Source of the DNA: Octopus bimaculoides
Taxonomy: Eukaryota
Assembly: GCF_001194135.2 (NCBI RefSeq)
Contig: NC_068989.1
Span: 33,603,366-33,667,365 of the forward strand
DNA: 64,000 bases
Direction: 5' to 3'
A program made the position numbers and the translations under genes. Below are positions 1-57,994 of this stretch, piece after piece (within the stretch, counting starts at the first letter, position 1; the number at the start of each line of letters is the position of its first letter). Below the pieces are notes generated by a model. That model was not told where the DNA came from, did no database searches, and saw only the letters and a list, made by a program, of their open reading frames with translations.

Positions 1-330
1 GCACCACCTTGAAGGGTTGTAGTTGAACAAATCAACCCCAGGACTTATTTCTTAAGCCTAGTACTTATTTTATCAATCTCTTTAGCTGAACTGCTAAGTT
101 ATGGAGACGTAAACGCACCAACACTGGTTGTCAAGTGGTGACGGGGGGATAAATACATACACATATATACAATGGGCTTCTTTCAGTTTCTCTACCAATT
201 CCACTTGCAAGGCTTTGGTCGGCTTGAGGCTATAGTAGAAGACACTTGCCCAAAGTGCTACGTAGTGGGACTGAACCTGGAATCATGTGGTTGGGAAGCA
301 AGCTTCTTACTACATAGCCACGCTTGCACC
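1..330 (+). mobile_element. SINE (cephalopod-type), 5' part cut by window edge
   Basis: Same body as the copy at 6455-6862 (ccccaggacttatt...gcctagtactt...aaggctttggt..ggc..gaggctatagtagaagacacttgcccaa). Confidence 0.8.
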
Positions 331-399
331 TCTTTAACAAAAGAGCTTTCAGTGAGATGTCCTTTCTAGAAATGTTAGTGGTTAGTGGAAATGATTTGA

Positions 400-870
400 G
401 AAAGTGCCAACAACAATTTGTTAATTACAAAACTAAAATGAATTTGGTTAATAGAATAGATTCTATTCTATAACATTAATGAGTTTTAAAGAATACAATT
501 TAAATAATCATGACTTATTGTGTTCAAGAATTAAAAAAAAAAATTTAATTCTGAAAAGACTTTTGTAGATTTTAATGGGCTAGAATCCACTTTCCAAAAT
601 TGGTAATAAAGATTTTATTTCTGCTGAAATTACATGAGATATCAAATTTATGGAATCAAAACAAAATACAAGACTGTCAGAAAAGAATAAAAATTTTATT
701 ACCATTTATTTCAACAAAGTGTATTTGTAAGAATATGTTTTGCTGATATTTATTTCAAATATTTTCTGAAATTACAACAATTGGTTTCAATTTCCATCAT
801 CTTTATACCTGTCCACTACAAACTATTGAACAATCTACAACTCAAGGAAGACATCTGATTTTTAACTAAT
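400..870 (+). mobile_element. Degenerate hAT (Buster/Charlie-like) transposase C-terminal remnant
   Basis: Frameshifted translation ...RLSEK/IKILLPFISTKCICKNMF... resembles the hAT dimerisation motif LLPF-STYLCE--FS. Confidence 0.5.
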
Positions 871-1199
871 ATAAATGAATACCAAATTAACAAACACAAA
901 CGGTTGTGCAGTTTATTTTGAAACCAAGATTTCATTACATGAGGATCAGTATCAACTCAAAATATTTTTTTGTTAGAGTCACAAATGGCTGCATGAAAAT
1001 AAAAAGTGTTATATGAAGAAAATTAATTTAATGAATGAAAAAAATGTAATGTTACAATCTCACTAAATGCAGTTTTTTCTCTTAACTAATAAACAATGTA
1101 AAATGAGAAACTAAATAATAAGAGTAACCGAGATCATTACTCAGATATAATTAGATAATATAGAAGAATATAGATTAAATTAACAATATTTCTCAAAAA

Positions 1200-1308
1200 T
1201 TTATTAAAAAAACATAAAATCAGGAAAGTAATTGGAAAAATAAAAGTTTAATATATTTTGTCACTAGATGTTAAATGTCTTTTGGCCAAAAAAAAAGTCA
1301 AATTTATT
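1200..1308 (-). terminator. Candidate HPRT polyadenylation signals
   Basis: AATAAA on minus strand at 1303-1308 and 1200-1205, downstream of the stop; AT-rich context so chance hits are likely. Confidence 0.35.
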
Positions 1309-1337
1309 TCACCTCTGAGAAAGGCTGCCTCAGATTT

Positions 1338-45319
<43,982 letters not shown>

Positions 45320-45720
45320 AATTCTCCGTCCACCTCATGCACTTCAAAGAAAACTAGTCGCCACACGATGAGGTGTCCACAAAACAGCAGAATTAGGTCA
45401 TTCCAATCGGTTATTCTCAAGAATTTAGCGTTCGTCAAAATTGTTCCGTCATTCACATGTTACCTAATACAGTGAATTATAAAAGCAAGAGGAAATGAAT
45501 TCAATTGAGCAGCGCGAAATTATTTTAGCTTCTTATTTTCGAAACTGAAACTGAAATTGATATTTCAAATAATTTTAAACGGAACTACTATTAAGCTTTA
45601 TCCTTTCAGGTTTTTTTCTTCGACTAAACGGTGTTTCACGATGTAATATCCGCTGTTTAATGTTTGAAAACATGGTTTTATTTACCACCAAAATTTGAAA
45701 TCCTTAATTGCCCACAAATT
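45320..45720 (-). promoter_or_regulatory. HPRT 5' UTR / TATA-less CpG-rich promoter with a CCAAT box
   Basis: 16 CpG counted by hand in 45241-45720; CCAAT at 45403-45407 (ttCCAATcgg, inverted relative to HPRT); no obvious TATA box; TSS not determinable from sequence. Confidence 0.55.
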
Positions 45721-46754
45721 GAATATCACTGAGAAATAAATTCTAAGGAGTCACTGGCATTTTTTTTTTATCAAGCAGTTTGATTTTTAAGAACTTAAAT
45801 GAAGTGAAAGCTGAATGCCTCATATTTACTGTTTATATAACCTCACATCAGCTCTGATCGAGTATACCTACGACTAAATGCCTTCCATCCGTGACAATCT
45901 CATCTTATTTATCTACGATTACATTATCCAATGTTTCCTTTTTAAGAGAAGTGTGATTTAATTATATTTGGCTAAGATTACGCAGTGCCCCCGTGCTTTT
46001 AATTTTAAATAAAGGTATTTCTTTTCACTACAAATAGGTCTTAGTATTTTTTCAGCGTTTCGATAAAAAAAAAATACAATATTTAAAGTAAGTTTTCGTT
46101 TAGTATATATCAAAAAGAATTTTTAAATAAACATTCGCGTTCATTAAAAAATAAATAAGAGTCTTTAAATGGTTCTATTTTTTTTTCAATTTTTCCACCA
46201 GGTGCGGATCTATATATTAACCCTTTAAATTTTTATTTAAATTCAAAACTAAAAAACACACTTGAATTAATTGTATTACAATTCTTTTCATAGCTAAGCT
46301 GCTTGCTAGGAATATACTTGACTTTAGTGTGCAGCTATCCACTACAGACCCTGTTTGTCATCTTTTGGGGAAATGGTCATACTTCGTCGTAGGTCAAACA
46401 TACAGTCTTCATAAAGAAAAGGGTGGTTCGTTTACACGTTACCATACTCGTGACTGGCGGCAAACAATGTGTATTTACTAGTAACAACACCGAATGCATT
46501 TTTGATACCTCTCTCAGCTGTGGCCTTTGTTATGTTTACACTGTAGTCAGCAAACCCTACAAAATGTGTAAACAATTTTTTATTTTGCTCTAAAATGATT
46601 GAGGGAATATAATCCCGAGAAAAAAATACAGAAGGATTGCGATACCTGACGATAGTCCAAAGTCACAGCTAGTACCGGTTTTAAGGTACAGGAACACTGG
46701 GTTGGTTTGTCGGAAGCCCCACCAGCCTAAGTGCTCAATGATGATCTGTGTAAA

Positions 46755-47325
46755 GAGCCCTCGGCGGAATTCTAGTTTAAGCACCCCATATAACCTCATA
46801 ACTTTTTTCATTTTTTGGAATTTTCAGAAAATTTTTGCGAATTTGGGATGTTTCTGAATTGACGGGCACCACTTGTCAATTCAGTAAGATCCCGAATTTG
46901 TGTTTTACACATGGGAATTCATATGATTATGAAAAAAAAAAAAAATTTTAAGAAAAAAATACCCCACCCCATAAATCCTGAGAGTTCCACTCTTTTTGGA
47001 AACTTTAAAAAGTTTAAAAAAAGTTTAAAATACGGACAGTCTGAATTTTTTGCTTAAAACCCTCGGGTGCATCATCATTCCATTAAATGTGTTTACGGGA
47101 AGAAAAATATTGATAAACATCAATATATGTCAGAGTGACAAAGAAACGAGGAAGGTGGTTGTGAAATGTGCTAAAAATAACAGCTAAATCGCTCTTAAAT
47201 CACACAAATCTTTTTCTATAACCGGTATGAATTCCCGTGTGTAGAACAAATTCGCAAAAATTTTCTGAAAATTCCAAAAACTAAGTAAAGTTATAAGGAA
47301 TTATAACCAGAATTCTGCCGAGCCC
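46755..47325. mobile_element. Non-autonomous DNA transposon with long imperfect TIRs (Kolobok/piggyBac-like TTAA end)
   Basis: ctcggcggaattct...ttggaattttcagaaaatttttgcgaatttg mirrored at the right end, followed by TTAA at 47326-47329. Confidence 0.7.
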
Positions 47326-49206
47326 TTAATCCCTAGAGGGTCTCATAAGTTTTTCCTTTTTTTTTTTAAATAAGTGAATATTTCTGCAACCTCTGATTAA
47401 AAAAAAAAAATAGTGTATAAAAATCTTCGTTCTATGTTGCTTTCGAGACAAAAAGAACGAAAACAAATAAACTGTACCTAGTACAAAAGAAGAAAAATTC
47501 CCAAGGAACATTAACTGACAGATAAAAAAACAAAAGGAAACATTGATAGCAGACGAAAAATTGATAGCAACTATAATAACAACGCAAAACAAAAACCGTG
47601 CTAAAGATTATTGTACTAATGATAACGCGCGTGTGTATACATACACATGCACACATATTTGTGTGTTTGTATGTACGTATGTGTGTTTGATGTGCATGTA
47701 TATGAATGTGTAGTTGCCTCTATGTATGTCTAAATGTTTGTTAGAAACGTAGGTAGGTCTATACACCAACAGAAAATTTGTATTTATCCAATCTCATTAT
47801 AAAAGCTAATTGAAATTTTACTTTGAAGCAAGCTTTTAAGCCTAAACCCTAAATTTGATCTATCTTTGGTGTACACTCATATAGATCTAAACTATCATAT
47901 GTTTATTTATAAACATTCCTGTATGAATCCTAAAAGTAGCATAATACCTACCTTCAACCTTGTACACTAACAAACCTTTAAGAAATTATAAACAGATATA
48001 ACAAAACCCACAGTTGTGTCCTGAATGCAATCTATCTGCCACATGAACTAAACAAATCTAACTTGCAGCACCTGGTTTTACATACATGCTCAACTGAATT
48101 CAAACAACAATCCCCACCACCACTTCTAAATATAACCATTCAGCAGCTCCTATGATGCAAATACAACCTCTTTTTGTGAAACCAGTAAAAATATCTCTAT
48201 CATCCTTTCCTCTGCACCCCACTCTATAAATGCTTATTTTCTTTCTCTTCTCCTTCCCTCTTCTTATACAATTACTTTTTTCTCCACACTAAGTTACATC
48301 ACATCTAATGTTCATATACATCACTACATCACACACCCTTCTGAATGAAAATATTTCTAATGAAACCATATATAAGGCAAAAACAAAAACAAAAATCAAG
48401 CTAAATCTCAATCTGAAGACAGCAAGTAAACCAAAACTTTAAAGTCATTGTAAAACTTTTCCATGTGAAAATAAATACAGTGCTCTAGTGAAAAGTATTG
48501 AGTGATCCTTCAATTTAATGTTCAATTGTTTTTATGTATAACTTGACATAAAATAAACGTTTGTGTACATTNNNNNNNNNNNNNNNNNNNNNNNNNNNNN
48601 NNNNNNNNNNNNNNNNNNNNNNNNNNNNNNNNNNNNNNNNNNNNNNNNNNNNNNNNNNNNNNNNNNNNNNNNNNNNNNNNNNNNNNNNNNNNATATATAT
48701 ATATATTATATGAGAGAGAGAGAGAGAGAGAGAAATATTGATGTAGATATATAAAAGTTAAGAGAACTCAGAATGGCTAGTGGCATGTATTTGAAAAACA
48801 AATACAGATATCGTAAATACCATGTAACATAAATTCTTGATAGATGAGAGAGATGTCATGTAGATGGGTAAATTGCAAGAGGGTGAGGAGAGAGACAGCA
48901 TAGAGCATGGAGAGAGTGAGAAATGTATGATGGTTAAAGAGAGATAATTTAATAGTACATAATGGTGATCAATGTAAAATGTGGGTTAATGAAGGCTGGA
49001 TATCAAGTGAAATGTTTTTTGGTAGTAAGACAGATAAATGGTATCAGGGAAAACCAGTGAAATATGCAATTTATGTCATATCTAATTACAGCAGCAGAAC
49101 ATTGAATTATGCAGGTTATAGAAGGGCTAGTGATAGAGAGATGATGGCTGGTGAGGTGGCTTATGGATGAAATTGGGTGAGGGGCCCAGATGCGCATATA
49201 TATATA

Positions 49207-50248
49207 TTAAGAATAGCCTGGGCAAAGTTTAGAGAGCTCTTACCCCTGCTGGCGACAAAGGGACTCTCACTCAGAGTAAAAGGCAGACTGTATGACGCAT
49301 GCGTACGAACAACCATGCTACATGGCAGTGAAACATGGGCTGTAACTGCTGAGGACATACGTAAGCTCGCAAGGAATGAAGCCAGTATGCTCCGTTGGAT
49401 GTGTAATGTCAATGTGAATACCCGTCAGAGTGTAAGTATCTTGAGAGAAAAGCTGAACATTAGAAGCATCAGTTGTGGCGTGCAAGAGAGACGATTGCGC
49501 TGGTATGGACATGTGGTGAGAATGGAGGAGGATAGCTGCGTGAAAAAGTGCCACACCCTAACAGTTGAGGGAACNNNNNNNNNNNNNNNNNNNNNNNNNN
49601 NNNNNNNNNNNNNNNNNNNNNNNNNNNNNNNNNNNNNNNNNNNNNNNNNNNNNNNNNNNNNNNNNNNNNNNNNNNNNNNNNNNNNNNNNNNNNNNNNNNN
49701 NNNNNNNNNNNNNNNNNNNNNNNNNNNNNNNNNNNNNNNNNNNNNNNNNNNNNNNNNNNNNNNNNNNNNNNNNNNNNNNNNNNNNNNNNNNNNNNNNNNN
49801 NNNNNNNNNNNNNNNNNNNNNNNNNNNNNNNNNNNNNNNNNNNNNNNNNNNNNNNNNNNNNNNNNNNNNNNNNNNNNNNNNNNNNNNNNNNNNNNNNNNN
49901 NNNNNNNNNNNNNNNNNNNNNNNNNNNNNNNNNNNNNNNNNNNNNNNNNNNNNNNNNNNNNNNNNNNNNNNNNNNNNNNNNNNNNNNNNNNNNNNNNNNN
50001 NNNNNNNNNNNNNNGGCACATAAAAGACACCATTTCGAGCGTGGCCGTTTTCGTGCGGGTGACACGTAAAAGCACCCACTACACTCTCTGAGTGGTTGGC
50101 GTTAGGAAGGGCATCCAGCTGTAGAAACTCTGCCAAATCAGACTGGAGCCTGGTGTTGCCATCCGGTTTCACCAGTCCTCAGTCAAATCGTCCAACCCAT
50201 GCTAGCATGGAAAGCGGACGTTAAACGATGATGATGATGATGATGATG
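49207..50248 (+). mobile_element. Young RTE LINE 3' end (gap 49575-50014 inside)
   Basis: Open frame RIAWAKFRELLPLL...KGRLYDACVRTTMLHGSETW...RRLRWYGHV; intact 3' palindrome and (GAT)n tail. Confidence 0.95.
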
Positions 50249-50569
50249 TGCTTCCAAAATCTCAATTTCATTGAGATGGATGGGTCTTCTCAGGAGCCAT
50301 TCGCCACCAGTCATCCTGGTCCTTTGTCATCTCCTCCCTAAGGTTCAAAGTCCTGGGAGCAATCTTTACTACTTCATCTCATGTTTTTCTTTCCATAAAC
50401 TTCATCCACATTAAGTGATTAGTACTTCATTATACAGCTGTCCTTATCCATATGCATCATATGTCCATATTAGTACAGTGTTTTTGCATCTATTTACAAG
50501 ATATTGATTTCCTAATTAAATCATTAATAAATAAATAAAAACAAATCATTAATGAATAATATCACCCTT

Positions 50570-51125
50570 TGAGGTAGAGTGTGATGCATCTGATGCAGAT
50601 ATTTCAGACAACCTTAACTAATGAGAGCAGCCTATAGTGTTCATGTTAATAATGCTACAAAGAAGCGAATTACACTACCACATTGCAGAGAAGGAAGCAA
50701 CTGCTATTATTGAGGCAGTGCAAAAAACAGTGCCACTGTAACCCAGTTACTTATCAGAGGTCAGTGACCTATTGTTTGACAATAGGGTGTACAAAAATAA
50801 TGCAAAGATTTGGGAATGGAGACTGGATCTTCAGCATTAAGCTACAGAATAAATTATTGATATATTTAATCAAGCTTATACCTGTTCAGTTTTAACTACT
50901 TCCAGGTTTATTGACATGCATGATAGACTATGTCATTCAAGATTAACATAGCTACTGCATTTTATTGGAGCAAGGAATCTCCTTTCTCTACAGAAGATGT
51001 GAGGAAGACTTGTGCATCTTATGGGTCTATGCTGGGCTATCACTCTCAAGAAGACACTCTTATCAAAGCAACAAAGTCTACGGAACAGCTAAGTATGGAC
51101 TTCAAGGGAACTGTGTCTACTATTT
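50570..51125 (+). mobile_element. Gypsy/Ty3 pol remnant (RNase H and integrase Zn finger)
   Basis: VECDASD..., AEKEATAIIEAV, HDRLCHS...NLPFSTEDVRKTC, LIKATKSTEQLSMDFKG. Confidence 0.8.
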
Positions 51126-51371
51126 CACATAATTCATATTTACTATTCTATATTTTTGAGATGAGGAATTATGTACATTATTTACAATGGACGGATAGGT
51201 GTCCTCACCTTGTTTGTTGTTATCACGTTTCAGCTGATGTACTCTCTAGCCTTCATCAGGTGTTCTGGTGGAATTTCGAACTCAACCCTTCATTTGACTA
51301 ATGGGGTACTCATTCCTAAGGCATGTTGCTGATGTTATTTTTCTGTTGATTCACTCAATAATTGCCCATGG

Positions 51372-51445
51372 GCATGCAGCATAGTGGATAAGAGCATGGG
51401 CTACTAACCCTCGGATTCTAAGTTCAATCCCAGGCAGGGACTTGA
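51372..51445 (+). mobile_element. tRNA-derived SINE head
   Basis: A-box tagtgg, B-box-like agttcaatcc, no intact acceptor stem. Confidence 0.55.
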
Positions 51446-51474
51446 AAAATAATATCTTGCTTCAAGTTCTAGAC

Positions 51475-51622
51475 CAGTGGTTTCCAAACCTTTTATTTAA
51501 ATTAGTTTTCTCACAGACTCCTTTTAATATGCTTATCCTTATGCATGTACATATATGAAATTTTGAATTTAGTTCACAGACCCCCAGTACTACCTTTGCG
51601 GACCCCAGGTTGGGAACCACTG
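51475..51622. mobile_element. hAT-Charlie-type MITE (148 bp)
   Basis: TIR CAGTGGTT(T/C)CCAA, 8-bp TSD ttctagac/ttctagat. Confidence 0.88.
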
Positions 51623-52589
51623 TTCTAGATACTCCCCATATTATTTTGTGGAACAAAATAAAACAAAAAACTGATAGTACTAGGATCAGATGATAAAGAA
51701 GATACGACATATTACAGTGAAGAGAATGATGAAGGAAATCCACTTGACCAAAGCCTCTCAATCCATATAAGTGGTCCTGTGAAATTGTTTGATACTAATA
51801 AAATGTTTCTTTTCTAAGAGGGAAGAACATAATATTACTATTAATCGGTGCACATATGTAAAGTTTTGCATACTTAGAAAGTGAAAGGTGCAACTAGAAG
51901 TTGTCTAACTGACTATAATATAAAATAACTGCATGTATACTATAATATTTTAAACTGAATAAAACTTGGAAAGCAGCCACCAAGTTTTTTTTTTTATCAT
52001 TACAATCTGTATTACTTTTTCTCTTTTATTTATACATTGATGGAATATTCTGGTATCATCTTCAGAAAAAGATGCTGAGGTCAAGCATCTGTTTAATCAT
52101 TGTGACATTTTGATGTTATTCAGGCTGTCTGTGTTTTACAAAAATCCAATCAGACACTGGACAGAAGATAAAAGTCAAGAAGAGAGGCAGAAGGATTGAA
52201 TAAGAAAAATGGAGAAACTAGAAACAATCTTTCTGGGAATTCCTTGGAATGACATTTCCAAAAGAGTGAATAAAACAGTCTTGCAGTTAGATGTGAACAT
52301 AGTTGTTGCAATGAATCTTGAGTCTCTGAAAATTTATTTTCAGAAAATTAAAAACAAATATAGTGAATACGAATTGAATACCAGGAGGTATCCAGAAACA
52401 GATTATAGCTATATGAAAAAAAAAAAAAAAAAAAAAAAAAAAACATGACTGAAGTGCATGTCTTACAAGATATAATAGGTCAGAAGAAACAATGTTTCTC
52501 AGTGAAAGGTGTAAATATTTCTCTCTGTTCTGGGCTCTCTTAACTCTGAACTGATAAAGCATGCAGTCCAATCTAGTGATAAAGGATGA

Positions 52590-52790
52590 AACCTGGCCTC
52601 ATCTTTATGATCCAGAAATGAAGACTCAGTCCATGAAATGGCAGTACACTTCTTCACTAAGACCTAAAAAGTTTAGGAACCAGTGACTAGCACAGAATTT
52701 TCTGGAATGTGGTTGTACTATGAACAGTGAGCAGTACACTGAGATGCCTAAAAAGCATAGAAAAACCAACAGGATGAAGAGACTGAACTA
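52590..52790 (+). mobile_element. mariner transposase fragment
   Basis: YDPEMKTQSMKWQYTSSLRPKKFR...TMNSEQY. Confidence 0.7.
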
Positions 52791-53037
52791 GAATCTGAAA
52801 ATGATCTACATTTACCATGACAATATGTGACCACACATACCTTTATCAATTAATCAGACAACAAATTTGGTTGGTAAGTGATCCCTCATTCACTATATGA
52901 GCTCAAATCTGGTGCCTTCTGACTTCCACATGTTTGGTTCAATGTAGGACAGTCATTGATGATAAAGTAGGTATAATAGTGCACACCTGAATTTTTTCCA
53001 AAGAAGATTCAGAAATTGAGTTCAGTGAATGTGCAAA

Positions 53038-54298
53038 TATTAAGTTGCTCAGAAAATAATGGCCACTCTAAGTGTTGTGTTTTGAACACAATTTTATCAT
53101 AGTATTATAATTATATTTTAGGTGAATTTCAACATACTTAATAATTGATGTATGCTCTTTAATAATTTTCTACTTATTTCAGATAGAAAACATTCTTGAA
53201 GCATAGGTGCCCTTAATTATGAACATGACAAAAAAGGACCTTTGCTTACTTTTCTTTTATGAGTTCAAGCTTGGATACAATACCTCTCAAACTGCTGCCA
53301 ATATCAACAGAGCGTGGGGAGAGGAGTCCACAAGTGATTGCATAGTACGAAGGTGGTTTCAGAAATTCCATAATAGTGATGAGAGCCTTGATGAAGGTAG
53401 AGGATGGTCATGCAGTTTTGACAATGAACAATTAAAAGCAATTGTTGAACAAAACCCACATCAAAGTGTCAGAGAAATGTCTCAGGCACTTGGTGTCGAT
53501 ATTGTAATGGTCTGATGCAATCTGCAGAAGATTGGCAAGGTAAAAAAGCTCAATAAATGGGTACCACATGAGCTCAATAGAAATCAAAAAGTTTGGCATT
53601 TTGAAGTGTGGTCAATGCTCTTTCTGCAAAACACCGATGATCCTTGACTGAATAGTCACTTGTGACAAAAAGTGGATCCTTTATGATAACCGTAAACGAT
53701 CAGGTCAATGGCTTGATTGTGATGAGTCCCCTAAACATTTCCCAAAGCTAAAGTTGCATCAGCAAAAGATTATAGTGGCTGTCTGGTGGTCTGCAATTAG
53801 TGTTGTCCATTACAGCTTTCTGGAAGCCAATCAGAGTATTACAGAGTATTTACCGCAATCAACCTGCTGAAATGCATGCTCACTTGCAAAAACTGAGACC
53901 TGCATTGGTGAATCGGCATGGTCAAATTCTACTCCACGATAATGCAAAGCTACATGTTGCAAGAATGACACTGCAGAAACTCACAGACTTGGGATATGAG
54001 ACTTTACTACATCCTCTTGATCTTTTACCCACTGACTACCATTTTTAAGCATTTAAACACGTTTTTAAGTGATAGCACTTTCAGGTCCAAACCAGAGGTA
54101 GAATCAGCTTTCAAAGATTTCTTAGCATCAAAGCCAATAAGTTTTTATCAATGAAGCATAAATAATCTCATTGATTGATAGCAGAGATGCATAGATGTTC
54201 ACAGCTCATACTTTGACTAATCAAGATATTTCTATTGTTAATTTTTCCAGAATAAAATTGTTTCTGAAATCGGCTATTGTTTTTGGAACAATCTAATA
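53038..54298 (+). mobile_element. Full-length but inactivated mariner element (about 1.26 kb)
   Basis: Transposase motifs WVPHEL, TCDKKWILYDN, LLHDNA, DLLPTDYHF, with stops and frameshifts; degenerate TIRs tattaagttgctcagaaaat / rc tattagattgttccaaaaac. Confidence 0.92.
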
Positions 54299-54649
54299 CA
54301 TTGCTTGTCATGGTGTATATGCTGAGTAATACCTTTGTATAGAAGAAAAGTCACTCTACCAACATGTACAATTTGAATGACTTATGTCAGTAAATCAAAA
54401 AGCTATACTTGCTTTTGCATTACTTTCAAGATAACCCTAATAGATTTAAAACCCCAATCTTCTTCCTTTAAAGAAAATATAACTCTCTGTCATTATAAAG
54501 AACTTTCTGAGTTGTTTCAAGTTTTATAGCTTATCATTCTTAATTCTTGCAGTACCTGTTTTTTTTTCTTTTTTTAAAGATCAAATGTAAGATTAGGATG
54601 GGAACTGCATAATATTAGACCAAAATGTTTTTTTCATACAACTAAAGCT

Positions 54650-57150
54650 TGTCATCATCATTACTATCTAATGTCCATCTTCCATGCTGGTATGGACTGG
54701 ATAGTTTGACAGGATCCAATGAGCCAGAGGACAGTGTCATGTGTCAATGACTGCAATGGTACAGTTCCTATGGCTAGATGCCCTTCCTAATTAATACCAA
54801 CCATTTTACAGAGAGTACTGAGTACTTTTTTTATGGCACCAGTACTAGTGAGGTCACCACATAACTCATAAGACTAAAATCTCCTTCAACTGAGTGAGAG
54901 TATAGTACAGAGAGGAATGGGTTTATGTCAGATTAACATATGAAAGAAGGTGCAGGAACAGGTTTCTTGTAAAGGAGATACATGACTACCCCATATTATA
55001 TAAGGGTGGGTGGATGTATTTGGGGTGGAATAGGAGAAAGAGATAAAAATGGATGTCTGAGAGTGTTCTCAATGTATAAAAAGGTGAACAGAAGAGAAAT
55101 TGGGGACAGAAGATCAGGAATGGTGAGTGGATAGAGGTTACAAGAGTGTGTGGAGAAAGTGAGAGACACAAGTAGAAGTGGTCAGAGGTACATAGTGGAT
55201 AAATGAATAGGAGGTGATTCAAAAAAGAGGAAGAAATAATGGGAGCATAGAGATGATGACCAATGGAAAATGTGATGAGGAAGGATGATATTCAGAATAA
55301 AAGATGGATGTCAAAGAAAGTGGAACAAGCGATTAGAAGAGATAACTGGCAGCACAGAAAAGTATGAAATATGTAGTTCTGCTCTCATGTAATTACAGCT
55401 TCAAAATACTGCAGTAGTTAGGTGATGGATGGATGAGTGATAAGGAGATGAGGCAGTGGTGAGGAAAGTTTGACAGAGATAAGCTGAGCAAGAGTTTCAG
55501 TTATGTGTATGCACATTAGCTTCCAGGACCTCTGTATTTTGTGATGGACAGGTCTTCTTGAGTACTACATACCACCAAAAATCTTGCCCCTTTGTCATCT
55601 ACCCTAAAAGACTCAAATTTCTGAGATCAGCCATGTTGTCAAGGTCTCCTTCTTCCACAAGCTTCTTCATTAAGTGATTGACATTTCTTTTTACAGTTGC
55701 TTTCATCCATACATATCACATATCCATACCAGCATAGTCTTCTCTATTGCACACTGCATTTGATTTCTCTTATGCTCAGTACTTTGTCATTCATACACAC
55801 ATTGCACTCCACAAGAGGATATTAGCATCATTTCTTTCTAGTTTTCACAAGTATTTTGCATTCATGGCCCACAGCTCACTAACATACAGCAATACAATTT
55901 GTACAAAAACCTCAGGCAATCTACCTTTCATGCTAAGAGAGAAATCTTTTGTTACCAACAGAGTAATAACTCTCTGAACTTTCTTCAACCTGCTTTTATT
56001 CTAGCTACTATACTTTCAGAACATAACTAATTTGGTCACTTAAGTAACAGAAGCTCTCTTGGTATATCTAGGGATCCTCCCAGACTTTTAAGAAAATCTA
56101 TTTCTCATTTTGTTCTTGCATATATGTAGAAGATTCCTTCTGCACATCTGCCACAAAGTTTACTTTTTCTGTTAATTTACGCATGATACAACTGCTTGTG
56201 TGTGCCCATTGTTTGTATTGAGTACACCATATAGAATTTCTACATATTGAGCAAGACCGTTTCTCCAGCATTGTAAATCTAACTTTTAAGACTCCCTTTC
56301 TGATTTTACTACAGATTCAGTTATAAAAATGTAGTCACCATATAGCAGTTCCCACGGGCAACCAGTCTTACACTCCTATATTATGACCTGGAGGTCTATG
56401 ATGAATAGGAAGGGATTGAGTGGACCCCTACTTGCTCACTGAATTTGTTGCAGTACTTGTTGGCTAACTCTCACCTTACTGACAGTACCTTTGTACATGG
56501 CTTGTATGGCTCTCACAAGCCATTCATCACTGAATTTTCTCAGCAACCATCAGATCATAGAGCAAGACACCATGTTGAAAGCTTTCTCCAGATCAATGAA
56601 TGCTAAGTACAGGGGCTTACTTTTAACTAAATACTTCTTATGTAATTTCCTCCTCACTAAGAAGAGAGAATCAGTAGCATTTTTCCATGGTAAAAACCAA
56701 ACTGTACCTCATCTCAGTTAATTTTCTTTCTAATTAAGTCATAACTTTTTCCATAACTTTAATGACCTGGTTCAGCAATTTGATACCCCTGTTACTTTAC
56801 CTCTATAATGGTTAATTATGAAGCTGCTACACCAGCCATTGGGTATGGCACTTTCCTGTACAACCTGATGAATGAGTAAGCTGTACCCCAAGTATCTCAG
56901 TGGTAATTCCTGATTGTTTAGGGGCTTTCCCTGCCTTCATATCCTTAATAGCTTTATCTATTGTATTGCTAGAGTGGTTGGTCTCTCTGTAGAATCCATA
57001 TTTGGAAGATTCTCTTTCTTCTCTGCATTGTTCACATTTAGAAGCCTTTCATAGCACTTCTATACCTTTCTTTTCCCAGGATCACCGAGTGCAAGCATAC
57101 CATTATCCATCTGCACTCACTTCTCATCTGGTGTTTTGATTCTCTCTGAT
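54650..57150 (-). mobile_element. Old RTE LINE with long 3' UTR
   Basis: (CAT)n tail at 54652, RT and C-terminal motifs in 55520-57150. Confidence 0.8.
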
Positions 57151-57994
57151 ATATTACCCTGCAATCAAGAAAATCCATCATACATATACATAAGTATACA
57201 TAACATGCACACACATATATGCAGGTAGATTAATCATAAAATTATTCATATTAATTAACTACATAAAAAATAACATGTTTACAGTAGAAATATTAATTTA
57301 ATTTGATGTTTACATGTAGCATGAGCAAACTCATTTTTAACTCTGGATTTGTATATTTTCGTAGAAATCTCTGTCCAATATACATAAATGCAAGGTAGTT
57401 CAATTTACTCTAATTTATAAGACTTCTTCGCTCATTTTGTATTGTTTTGAAATTTGAAAATAACAGTCCATCACTGAATTATCTTTTACATTTAACCATA
57501 TTTGTAAATCTAGTTTTGATTTTGAAAAGAAAATTTCAGGTAGTTTTCCATTATCAGGTAGTAAAACTGAAGCTCTACAGTATGATTAGGTTTCTTAAGC
57601 TCACTGAATTTCAGTTTTGCTGTTTCTAAAATAGTCAGGATTTATATTGACAAGATGAAAAGACTTTTTTGCAATGTTTCTGATTAAAATGTATCATTCA
57701 GTTTCTGATAAGCTTTTAGATGCTTTGACATAACAAGAAACAGATTATCTATAATAAGAGATATTTCATTTTAAAGAAAGTTTGAATTAAAAAAAAAAAA
57801 ATGTATTGATAAAAGCAGAACCAGAATAGCTGTAGATGGCAGAATCAATAGAACACAGAACAAAATGTTGTTACATTTAGTGGACTTTCTTTATATTTTG
57901 CTTTTCCTTTTTCTTTGGGGTTGATGAAAACAGGATTAATTTAATAGAATGCTTACAATTCCCAAATATATGCCTTTATTAGGTATCAATACTA

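Noticed and set aside
51372-51445. tRNA gene
   Set aside because: Has A/B-box remnants but no proper acceptor or T stem; it is a SINE head
53207-54048. Domesticated SETMAR-like mariner gene
   Set aside because: Multiple stops and frameshifts, damaged YSPDL motif, no SET exon nearby
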